From Actinomycetes bacterium (lineage in GTDB: Bacteria; Actinomycetota; Acidimicrobiia; Acidimicrobiales; RAAP-2): DNA of 64,000 nucleotides. The position numbers and the translations under genes are program-made. The first letter of the stretch is position 1. Each line of letters opens with the position of its first letter. Positions 8,364-15,960 of the stretch are shown here, in pieces. The notes beneath the pieces are model-generated. The model had not been told where the DNA came from. It ran no database searches and was given only the letters and a program-made list of their open reading frames with translations. Location of the stretch: positions 2,176-66,175 of the forward strand of contig JAJYVT010000009.1 of NCBI GenBank assembly GCA_021791845.1. Direction: 5' to 3'.

Positions 8364-10145
8364 CTACGGGGTGCCGCGCCGGGTTGTGTGCCCAGGGGTT
8401 GTGCCAGCGTGGCCGGATGTCGCGCCTTGGTGGCCCGGGGCTGTGCCGGAGAGGCCGGGGGCTGTGCCCGTGAGACCCGGCGCTGTGCCCGTGAGACCCG
8501 GCGCTGTGCCCGAGTGGCCCGGCGCTGTGCCCGAGTGGCCCGGCGCTGTGCCCGTGAGACCCGGCGCTGTGCCCGAGTGGCCCGGCGCTGTGCCCGAGTG
8601 GCCCGGCGCTGTGCCCGTGAGACCCGGCGCTGTGCCCGTGAGGCCCGGCGCTGTGCCCGAGTGGCCGGGGGCTGTGCCCGAGAGGCCGGGGGCTGTGCCC
8701 GAGAGGCCGGGGGCTATGCCCGAGTGGCCCGGCGCTGTGCCCGTGAGGCCCGGCGCTGTGCCCGTGAGGCCGGGGGCTGTGCCCGAGAGGCCGGGGGCTG
8801 TGATCTGCGTCACCACCGGCGACGTGGTCGTGGCCGACACGGGAACCGTCGGCAGCGTGGCAGGCCTGGAACCGGCACCGGTCGAAACGGTCGCTGCACT
8901 CGCCGGAGGAGACAGCCTCGTCGTCCACCCGGTGGCCACGTTGCGCCCGTCGGCCCCCGGCGCCGCGGCGGTTGCGGCAGGCGGCCGCGCAGCCGGCGCG
9001 GCAGCGGGAGCGGGAGCCGACGCCGCGAGCGGGTTCACCATGAGGCTGGCTCCGAGCGTCGCGGTGGCGACACTGGCCAGGGTGGCGGTCGAGACGGCGC
9101 TGCCGCCGGCCCCCACCACCGCTCCGACCTGGGCGGCCGCCCGTGGGACGATGCCGATGAAGGGCAGTTCGGCGATCCAGGCCACCAGCCCGATGGTCCA
9201 GTGCACCCGGCCCAGCGACACGTTGACGAATGCCCGCACCACCTGGGGGTCGAACTGCGAACCGGCGACGCGAACGAGCTCCTCTCGTGCCGCAGTCGCC
9301 GATATCGGGCGCTTGTACGACCGGACCGCGGTCATGACCTCGAAGCTGTCGACCACGGCGACGATCCGTGCCGAAAGGGGGATCTCCTCCCCCTGGAGAC
9401 CGTTCGGGTACCCGGTGCCGTCGAAGAACTCGTGGTGGCACGCGACGGCATCCACGCCCGACCCGATGAAGGGCCGGAGCGGGTGGACGAGCCGGCCGCC
9501 TTCGGCCGGATGCCGGCGGAGCTGCTCCCACTCTGCGGGGGTGAGCGCGCCGGGCTTGTTCAGGATCTCTGCAGGGACGAGCAGCTTACCGATGTCGTGG
9601 AGAAAGGCGCCCCACCGCACCTCGTTGGCCTGCGCCTCGGTGAGCCCGAGCTCGTCGATGACCAGCTCGGCCAGTGCTCGCGTCCGTTCCGAATGGCCGC
9701 GGGTCCGCCGGTCGTGGAAGTTGAGCGCCGACGCGAGCGTGAGCACCTTCTCCGCCAGTGCTTGCGCGTCCAGCGGGTCATGATTGGTGCGGGCCCACTC
9801 CCGGAGTCGCCGCACGCTGGTGCTGCGGAGGGCGACGGCAAATCGCGACGGTGCATGGTCGGGGAACACGAGTGACAGGCGGAGCAGGACGGCGAGCGGG
9901 AGCAGTCGGCGGGCGGCCCACTCGACCACCACGAAGGTGACCACCGATGCCAGCCCAGCCGCGCCAACCCGGCCGACGATGTCGAGCGCGCTGTCGCCGG
10001 CGATGGCCCATCCAACGACCATGCCCACAGCCACAGAGGCCAAGAGCGGTCCCGCGGTCACGGTCGCTCGCAGCAATGCCGCCGCGAGCCCACGGTCCTC
10101 CCACCGGTCGCGCCGGGCCAGACGCGTCCCGAACGTGCTGGTCAT
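8364..10145 (-). CDS. Membrane HD-GYP domain protein (probable cyclic-di-GMP phosphodiesterase) with a C-terminal heptad-repeat tail
   Basis: ATG at 10145 follows GGGAGGTG. HD-GYP motifs HDIGKLLVP and HHEFFDGTGYP. Hydrophobic helices lie before and after the catalytic domain. The C-terminus is about 20 tandem PG(L/H)(S/T)GTA heptads. Confidence 0.85.
   Translation of the reverse strand: MTSTFGTRLARRDRWEDRGLAAALLRATVTAGPLLASVAVGMVVGWAIAGDSALDIVGRVGAAGLASVVTFVVVEWAARRLLPLAVLLRLSLVFPDHAPSRFAVALRSTSVRRLREWARTNHDPLDAQALAEKVLTLASALNFHDRRTRGHSERTRALAELVIDELGLTEAQANEVRWGAFLHDIGKLLVPAEILNKPGALTPAEWEQLRRHPAEGGRLVHPLRPFIGSGVDAVACHHEFFDGTGYPNGLQGEEIPLSARIVAVVDSFEVMTAVRSYKRPISATAAREELVRVAGSQFDPQVVRAFVNVSLGRVHWTIGLVAWIAELPFIGIVPRAAAQVGAVVGAGGSAVSTATLASVATATLGASLMVNPLAASAPAPAAAPAARPPAATAAAPGADGRNVATGWTTRLSPPASAATVSTGAGSRPATLPTVPVSATTTSPVVTQITAPGLSGTAPGLTGTAPGLTGTAPGHSGIAPGLSGTAPGLSGTAPGHSGTAPGLTGTAPGLTGTAPGHSGTAPGHSGTAPGLTGTAPGHSGTAPGHSGTAPGLTGTAPGLTGTAPGLSGTAPGHQGATSGHAGTTPGHTTRRGTP
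8385..8806. repeat. About 20 head-to-tail copies of a 21-bp unit (cccggcgctgtgcccgtgaga-like) inside the 3' end of the HD-GYP gene
   Basis: Direct reading of 8385-8806. Units differ at only a few positions (gtgaga / gagtgg / gagagg variants) and there are no spacers. Confidence 0.95.
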
Positions 10146-10267
10146 GGCACCTCCCATCCCCTGGTAATGCCGATGGCATGCTACATGAAGCAATGACCGA
10201 GCCGCCAGGGCGGGTCGGTCCCCTGGTCGACCCGCCCTCGTGCGTGGTTGCCCGTGCCCCGTCGCAC

Positions 10268-10303
10268 GCGACACCCCGGGACCGGAGGGCCCCGGGGTGT
10301 CGC
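10268..10303 (-). terminator. GC-rich hairpin 19 nt downstream of the secreted-repeat-protein stop (candidate intrinsic terminator or attenuator without a U-tract)
   Basis: cgGACACCCCGGG (10268-10280) pairs with CCCGGGGTGTCcg (10291-10303), loop 10 nt. A second 10-bp stem, GGGCGGGTCG 10208-10217 / CGACCCGCCC 10228-10237, lies between it and the HD-GYP start. Confidence 0.35.
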
Positions 10304-10321
10304 AGCGAGGTGGTCGGCGGG

Positions 10322-10957
10322 TCAGCTACCCGAGCACACCTTCAACCCGGCCGTGCTCACGCCAACGCTCAGCGTCCCGGCGGACGAGGAAAGGTTCAGG
10401 CCGCCAGCGCCGGTCACGGGCGACGCTGTGGCGCCCGGGATGCCCGGCGTGGTCACGCAGCCACCCTTCCCGGGCGTCGGAAGGGCCGGCAGTGTCGGCA
10501 GCGACGGTGGTGTGAGCGACGGTGGTGTGAGCGACGGTGGTGTGAGCGACGGTGGTGTGAGCGACGGTGGTGTGAGCGACGGTGGTGTGAGCGACGGTGG
10601 TGTCAGGGACGGCGGGCTCACGCTCACCGATCCGCCGCCGGAGGCACTCGTCCCGCCAGCCGATCCCGACCCGGTCACACGGCCGCCGGACGGCGACGCT
10701 GTCGCCTTCGCCGAGAGGCGACCACCCCCCGGCAATGTCGACGCGGTCGGCAGACCTGCCGTGGACGGACTTGCCGACTTCAGGCTGGCGAGCGCCGAGT
10801 GCGTCGGGGACGTCGAGGCTCCGCTGTCCAGGATGCCGGCAACGGCTGCCGCACCGCCTGCGGCGATGGCGAGCGCTGCGGCCGCGCCCAAGCGCCCGAG
10901 CTGCCCCCTCCGGCCCCGCGCGTCGCCGCCAGGCACCGGCCGGTCGTGTGTCGTCAT
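10322..10957 (-). CDS. Secreted Ser/Thr/Gly/Ala-rich protein with (PPSLT)x8 repeat
   Basis: ATG at 10957 follows GGAAGGAG. Arg-rich n-region plus hydrophobic core (RGRRGQLGRLGAAAALAIAAGGAAAVAG) resembles a signal peptide. G/C at third positions is good in this frame. The alternative frames give Arg-rich nonsense. Confidence 0.6.
   Translation of the reverse strand: MTTHDRPVPGGDARGRRGQLGRLGAAAALAIAAGGAAAVAGILDSGASTSPTHSALASLKSASPSTAGLPTASTLPGGGRLSAKATASPSGGRVTGSGSAGGTSASGGGSVSVSPPSLTPPSLTPPSLTPPSLTPPSLTPPSLTPPSLTPPSLPTLPALPTPGKGGCVTTPGIPGATASPVTGAGGLNLSSSAGTLSVGVSTAGLKVCSGS
10486..10612. repeat. 15-bp tandem repeat (gcgacggtggtgtga) with about 7 perfect copies plus degenerate ends
   Basis: Read directly; encodes PPSLT on the minus strand. 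Confidence 0.95.
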
Positions 10958-11240
10958 GTTCGCTCCTTCCTCGTGGGAACGGTGTGGCGGGCCACGGCAC
11001 CGATCCTCTGCGTCACCGGACGGCGCGCATCGCCGCATGCCCGGTGGTGGAACGCCTGGCGCGCCGCCACCTTTCGATCGGTCGAGCCGAACGTCGGGGT
11101 GCCGCCCGCTGCTGCACTCGGGGGGTTAGGGTCCCGGCTCGGGGGCATCCCCCATAGCCGGCCACGTCCGATCGGCTCATGCTGTCCGAAGTGCAGGTGC
11201 CGGGGCCAGCCGTCGGCGCCCGCGACCAGAAGGGAGAACC

Positions 11241-12179
11241 ATGATCGAGGCGCGGGGCCTGACCAAGCGCTACGGCGACAAGCTGGCGGTCGACGGGCTC
11301 ACCTTCGCCGTCCGGCCCGGCGTGGTCACCGGCTTCCTCGGGCCAAACGGGGCCGGCAAGTCCACCACCATGCGCATGATCATGGGTCTCGACGCACCCA
11401 GCGCCGGTGACGTCACGGTGAACGGGCGCCACTATCACGGTCTCCCCTGGCCGCTCCACGAAGTCGGTGCGCTGCTCGAAGCCAAGGCGATCCACCCCGG
11501 GCGCAGCGCTCGGGCCCACCTCCTCATGCTGGCAGAGGCGAACCGCATCCCCCGGCGCCGCGTGGAGGAGGTGCTCGAGCTCGTCGGCCTGACGGCGGTC
11601 GCAGGTCGCCGCGCCGGAAAGTTCTCGCTCGGGATGGGCCAGCGGCTGGGGATCGCCGCCGCTCTCCTCGGCGACCCCGAGGTGCTCCTCTTCGACGAGC
11701 CCGTCAACGGCTTGGACCCCGACGGCATCCGCTGGGTGCGCAACCTCCTGAAGGGCCTGGCGCACGAGGGACGGACGGTTTTCGTGTCGAGCCATCTCAT
11801 GAGCGAGATGGCGTTGACGGCCGACGAGGTGGTCATCATCGGCCGGGGCAGGCTCATCGCCCAGCACCCCATCGGGGACCTCCTCGACCGGAGCGCACAA
11901 CGCTTCGTGCGGGTCCGGTCGCCTCAGATGGAGCTGCTCGTCGCCGCCCTCGACGGGGCCGGCGCGACCGTGACCCTCGAAGAAGACGGGTCCGCGTCGG
12001 TGCGGGGGCTGGACGCCCCGACCATCGGCGACCTGGCGTCGGACGCCCGCGTCGCCCTGCACGAGCTGTCGCCGCAGTCGGCGTCGCTGGAGGAGGCCTA
12101 CATGGAGCTGACCGAAGACAGCATCGAGTACCACGGCGCCCACCCGGCCGTGGCGGTGCCGGCGGGAGGGACGAGGTGA
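11241..12179 (+). CDS. ABC transporter ATP-binding protein (ABC-2/DrrA-like exporter)
   Basis: Walker A GPNGAGKSTT, signature-like FSLGMGQRL, Walker B LLLFDEPVNGLD. RBS GAAGGGAGAA precedes the ATG. Confidence 0.9.
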   Translation: MIEARGLTKRYGDKLAVDGLTFAVRPGVVTGFLGPNGAGKSTTMRMIMGLDAPSAGDVTVNGRHYHGLPWPLHEVGALLEAKAIHPGRSARAHLLMLAEANRIPRRRVEEVLELVGLTAVAGRRAGKFSLGMGQRLGIAAALLGDPEVLLFDEPVNGLDPDGIRWVRNLLKGLAHEGRTVFVSSHLMSEMALTADEVVIIGRGRLIAQHPIGDLLDRSAQRFVRVRSPQMELLVAALDGAGATVTLEEDGSASVRGLDAPTIGDLASDARVALHELSPQSASLEEAYMELTEDSIEYHGAHPAVAVPAGGTR

Positions 12180-13015
12180 CCCTGGCCGCCACCAGTCCCA
12201 CCGGGGCCATTGCAAGAAAACACCTCCCGCCGGGCCGCTACGGCCTGGTCGACCTGCTCCGGTCGGAGTGGACCAAGCTCCGCACCGTCCGGTCGACCAT
12301 GTGGACGCTCGGGATCACGATCGTGGTCGGCGTCGGGGTGAGCGCGCTGGCCACCGGGGAGGCGCGGGCGCACTGGGCGTCCATGGCGGCGCCGACACGG
12401 CTCGGCTTCGATCCCACCCGGATCAGCCTGACCCCCCTCTTCTTCTGCCAGCTGGCGATCGGGGTGCTCGGCGTGCTGGTGATGAGCGCCGAGTACGGGA
12501 CCGGCACCGCGCGGGCCACCTTTGCCGCCGCGCCGCGCCGGGCGCAGGTGCTGGTGGCGAAGACCGCCGTGTTCGGCGCGGTGGCGCTCCTCGTCTCCGA
12601 GGTGACGGCGTTCCTGTCGTTCCTGGTCGGCCAGGCGATGCTCACCGCGCCGGCGAGCCACGCCAGCCTCTCGACACCCAGCGCGCTCAGAGCCGTCGTC
12701 GGGACGGGTCTCTACCTGTGCGTCGTCAGCCTCTTCGCCTTGGGCTTGGGGACCATCCTGCGGCACACGGCGGGAGGCATCAGCGCCTTCGTCGGCGTCC
12801 TGCTCGTCCTCCCGCTCATCGTCCAGGCCCTGCCCAGCTCCATCCAGAACGCCACGCTGCGGTTCCTCCCGGCTCGGATCGGCGTGACGATGATGACGCC
12901 GGCGTCGAGGACACCGCATGCCTTCTCGGTCTGGACCGGCTTCCTCGTCCTGTGCGCCTATGCGGTGGCCGCCCTGGTCGTCGGAGGAGTGCTCCTCGTC
13001 CGGCGAGACGCGTAG
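12176..13015 (+). CDS. ABC-2 type transporter permease
   Basis: GTG start overlaps the ATPase stop (GTGA). About six hydrophobic helices, typical partner of the preceding ATPase. Confidence 0.8.
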   Translation: MTLAATSPTGAIARKHLPPGRYGLVDLLRSEWTKLRTVRSTMWTLGITIVVGVGVSALATGEARAHWASMAAPTRLGFDPTRISLTPLFFCQLAIGVLGVLVMSAEYGTGTARATFAAAPRRAQVLVAKTAVFGAVALLVSEVTAFLSFLVGQAMLTAPASHASLSTPSALRAVVGTGLYLCVVSLFALGLGTILRHTAGGISAFVGVLLVLPLIVQALPSSIQNATLRFLPARIGVTMMTPASRTPHAFSVWTGFLVLCAYAVAALVVGGVLLVRRDA

Positions 13016-13018
13016 CGC

Positions 13019-14515
13019 TCAGGGCGCGGCCGTGCGCCAGCCCCGGCGGAAGGGAAGGCGCCAGGCGCGTGGCGCGATGAGCTCGTCGATCGTCGCCGGG
13101 CCCCAGCTGCCGGACCAGTACGGCAGGACCTGTGGCGGGTGGCCGAGCAGGGGTCCCGAGATCTCCCACAGTCGCTCGATCCCCTCGGCCGTGGTGAACA
13201 GGGTGCGGTCACCCACCATGGCGTCGTGGATGAGCCGCTCGTACGCCTCGAGGACGTCCCCCTCACGGCCGGTCTCGTGCAGGGCGAACTGCAGGCTCAG
13301 CTTGTCGAGCTTCATCCCCGGCCCTGGACGCTTGCCGTAGAACGACAGCGACAGCTTGGACGAGTCCGCGAGGTCGAACGTGAGGTGGTCGGGGCCCTGG
13401 GTCCCCACGCCGGAGCCGTCGGGGAACATGCTCTTCGGCGGCTCGCGGAAGGCGATCGAGACGATGCGGGCCCCTTCGGCCATCTGCTTGCCGGTGCGCA
13501 GGAAGAACGGCACGCCCGCCCACCGCCAGTTGTCGATGTCGGCCCGGAGGGCGACGAACGTCTCGGTCTGAGAGCGCTGGTCCACCCCCGGGGTGTGGCG
13601 GTAGCCCTCGTACTGTCCGCGCACGACCTGGGACGGGTCGATGGGGCGCATGGCCCGGAAGACCTTGTTCTTCTCCTCCCCGATGGCCTTTGGCTCGAGC
13701 GCGGTGGGCGGCTCCATGGCGATGAAAGCCAGGATCTGGAACAGGTGGGTCACCACCATGTCCCGGTACGCACCGGTCTCCTCGTAGAACGCCGCCCGCC
13801 CGTCGACCGACAGCGTCTCGGGCACGTCGATCTGGACGTGGTCGATGTGGTCGCGGTTCCAGATCGGCTCGAAGAGCCCGTTGGCGAACCGGAAGGCGAG
13901 GATGTTCTGCGCCGCCTCCTTCCCGAGGAAGTGGTCGATGCGGAAGACCTGCTCTTCACGGAAGACCTGGTGCACGGTGGCGTTGAGGCTCCGGGCGCTC
14001 TCGAGGTCGCTGCCGAAGGGCTTCTCCATGATGATCCTGGCCTTGTCGACCAGCTCGGCCTCGGCCAGCATCCGCACCACGGAGCCAGCGGCCGTCGGGG
14101 GGGTCGACAGGTAGTGCAGGTAGCGGGCCTCGCCACCCAGCTCTTTTTCGTGACGGAGCACCTGTTCGTGCAGCCCGGCGGGTCCTGCCGACGTCGGCAC
14201 ATAGGACAGCCGGCGTGCGAAGTCGCGCCAGCTCTCGTCGCTGACCCCGGCTCGGGCGAATTCGTCGACCGCCGAACGGGCCAGCGCCCGGAACTCGTCA
14301 CCGTCGATCTCGTCGGTCGCCACCCCGACGAGCCGGTAGTCGGGAAGGAGGCCCGACTCGGCCAGGTGCACCATCCCGGGGAGAAGCTTGCGTCGGGCGA
14401 GGTCGCCGGTGGCACCGAAGAGCACGATCACGTGCGGCAGCAACGGGGCTGTGACCGTGCCGACCGGCGCGTCGGACGGGTCGGTGGCAGGCACGTCAAC
14501 CATGACCACCATCAT
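13019..14515 (-). CDS. zwf: Glucose-6-phosphate 1-dehydrogenase
   Basis: NADP-binding LFGATGDLARRKLLPG, EKPFGSDLESA, active-site RIDHFLGKE. Start is set at the MMVVM cluster (14515, 14512 or 14503); the listed upstream extension is Arg/Gly/Pro-rich. Confidence 0.9.
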   Translation of the reverse strand: MMVVMVDVPATDPSDAPVGTVTAPLLPHVIVLFGATGDLARRKLLPGMVHLAESGLLPDYRLVGVATDEIDGDEFRALARSAVDEFARAGVSDESWRDFARRLSYVPTSAGPAGLHEQVLRHEKELGGEARYLHYLSTPPTAAGSVVRMLAEAELVDKARIIMEKPFGSDLESARSLNATVHQVFREEQVFRIDHFLGKEAAQNILAFRFANGLFEPIWNRDHIDHVQIDVPETLSVDGRAAFYEETGAYRDMVVTHLFQILAFIAMEPPTALEPKAIGEEKNKVFRAMRPIDPSQVVRGQYEGYRHTPGVDQRSQTETFVALRADIDNWRWAGVPFFLRTGKQMAEGARIVSIAFREPPKSMFPDGSGVGTQGPDHLTFDLADSSKLSLSFYGKRPGPGMKLDKLSLQFALHETGREGDVLEAYERLIHDAMVGDRTLFTTAEGIERLWEISGPLLGHPPQVLPYWSGSWGPATIDELIAPRAWRLPFRRGWRTAAP

Positions 14516-14649
14516 CCCCCGCCGGGCCACTCGCGGTGCGCCACCCCACGAGGGTGTGCCGGCGCTGCCGGCGTGTGAGCGCATCCACCGGTCCCATTCC
14601 CACGCTCCCCCCGTCCGATCCCCCGAGGGCGCGGCGCGCGTGTCGGCCC

Positions 14650-15168
14650 CTAGCGACGATCGAACGCCGCAACGTCCTCGAAGGGCCTGAGGTCCAGGAC
14701 CATCCGTCGCTCCGGGTGGGGAGCGGCCGGGGACGACGCCGTGCCCACGTCGTAGAAGCCGTGGCGACGGTACAGGAGGATGGCCGGCAGGTTTCCCTGG
14801 CGCACGTCGAGCGCAAGCCGACGTGCCCCCTGCGTCCGGGCCCACCGGAGGGCCGCGCCGATGAGGGCGTCACCCACCCCGTGCCCCCGCGCCGCCGGGG
14901 CGACCCACATCGAGAGGAGCTCTGCCGTGCCCTCGACCGGGAGGGAAGCGCTGAGCATGCCGACCGCCTCGCCGTCGAGATCGGCCAGGACGTTCAGGGC
15001 GACCGCGACCAACCGCCCCCGCCAGCGGGACTCGGCGTCCCCCGGACCGCTCCACTCGGCCAGCGTCGATCCGAACGCCTCGGGGTCCGCCGCCAGGGCG
15101 GCCAGGCGCAGAGCCCGCCATTCGGCCCACTGGTCCTCGGTCAGCACCCGGGTCCTGACGGTGGTCAC
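14650..15168 (-). CDS. GNAT family N-acetyltransferase
   Basis: GTG at 15168 overlaps the upstream gene's stop (GTGA). Acetyl-CoA motif VAPAARGHGVGDALI and the GNAT beta-strand pattern. Confidence 0.8.
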   Translation of the reverse strand: MTTVRTRVLTEDQWAEWRALRLAALAADPEAFGSTLAEWSGPGDAESRWRGRLVAVALNVLADLDGEAVGMLSASLPVEGTAELLSMWVAPAARGHGVGDALIGAALRWARTQGARRLALDVRQGNLPAILLYRRHGFYDVGTASSPAAPHPERRMVLDLRPFEDVAAFDRR

Positions 15169-15722
15169 GGCCCGTTCGAGATCTCGAGCATGACCCGCGC
15201 GCCGCGAGCGGCGCTGGCACCGGCACCTGGATGCTCCGAGACGACCGTCCCCGCCGCGGCCGGGTCCCGCCGCCGCTCGACGGCACCGACCCCGAAGTGG
15301 GCAGCCCCCAGCGCCCGCGCCGCGGCCGTCTCGCTCCGGCCGATCACGTCGGGAACGGTGGCCGCCGTCCCGCTCCCGTCGGACCCGCTGCGGGTGGAGG
15401 CCACGACCGTCACCGAACCTGCGGCCACGAGCGAGAGTGCGACGACCGCTGCCGCACCGCGGCGCCACCGAGACCGTCGGCTGGACCACGGATGGAACGC
15501 GTGCTCTCGGGCGGCGACCTCCTCGGGAGACCCGACTGAGGCGAGCACGGCGCGAACACCAGCCTCCGAATCGACCGGCAGGTCCAGTCGTGCCGCGTCG
15601 ATCCGCTCGCCCACCTCGGACACGAGTTGCCGGCGCCGGCGCTCGGGGATCCCGTCGAGCGCCGCGTCAAGTCGGTCGAGGTAGGCGCCGACCATGCCGT
15701 CGAGCGTTCGTGTCGTCATCAC
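15165..15722 (-). CDS. Single-pass membrane protein: DUF1700/HAAS-like cytoplasmic helical module, TM, extracytoplasmic PASTA domain
   Basis: N-terminus YLDRLDAALDGIPERRRRQLVSEVGERI...LASVGSPEEVAA; TM AAAVVALSLVAAGSVTVVA; C-terminal PASTA-like VPDVIGRSETAAARALGAAHFGVGAV...GTVVSEHPGAGASAARGARVMLEISNG. Start is GTG 15722 or ATG 15719. Confidence 0.7.
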   Translation of the reverse strand: MMTTRTLDGMVGAYLDRLDAALDGIPERRRRQLVSEVGERIDAARLDLPVDSEAGVRAVLASVGSPEEVAAREHAFHPWSSRRSRWRRGAAAVVALSLVAAGSVTVVASTRSGSDGSGTAATVPDVIGRSETAAARALGAAHFGVGAVERRRDPAAAGTVVSEHPGAGASAARGARVMLEISNGP

Positions 15723-15811
15723 CGCGCCGACCGAGCGCTTGGGACAACCGCTCCCATGACCCCGACGCTACCGGACCCTCGGCATCTGGTCGCGAGGAAC
15801 CCCGGCGCGGC

Positions 15812-15883
15812 GGGGCGGCGGCACTGCGGGGCGGCGGCACTGCGGGGTGGCGGGGCGGCGGCACTGCGGGGCGGCGGGGGCGG
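15812..15883 (+). repeat. G-tract repeat: three copies of GGGGCGGCGGCACTGC plus degenerate copies in a divergent intergenic region
   Basis: Copies at 15812-15827, 15828-15843 and 15852-15867. Six GGGG-or-longer tracts within about 70 nt on the plus strand. Confidence 0.9.
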
Positions 15884-15960
15884 CCGTCGCGCTCGATCGA
15901 CTGACCCGCCGGCGCGCATACTTGCTCGTGGCACGGAACGGGGGGATCGACAGCACGAGC

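Noticed and set aside
8385-8806. Regularly spaced 21-bp repeats that could be mistaken for a CRISPR array
   Set aside because: The units are directly adjacent with no spacers. They lie inside an ORF continuous with a bona fide HD-GYP domain, and no cas genes or leader are present.
6847-9531. 894-aa minus-strand ORF (and the 8371-9783 / 8388-9875 plus-strand ORFs)
   Set aside because: These are antisense or out-of-frame relative to PolX and HD-GYP, both of which have unambiguous motifs. The translations are Arg/Gly/Pro-rich low-complexity sequence, typical of shadow ORFs in high-GC DNA.
10248-11129. Plus-strand GGVSD-repeat ORF and minus-strand TTVAH-repeat ORF over the same 15-bp repeats
   Set aside because: All three frames are open. 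I chose the PPSLT frame because it has an ATG with a GGAAGGAG RBS, a signal-peptide-like N-terminus and coding-like composition outside the repeat. The others give Arg-rich sequence without start context. Residual uncertainty is reflected in the 0.6 confidence.
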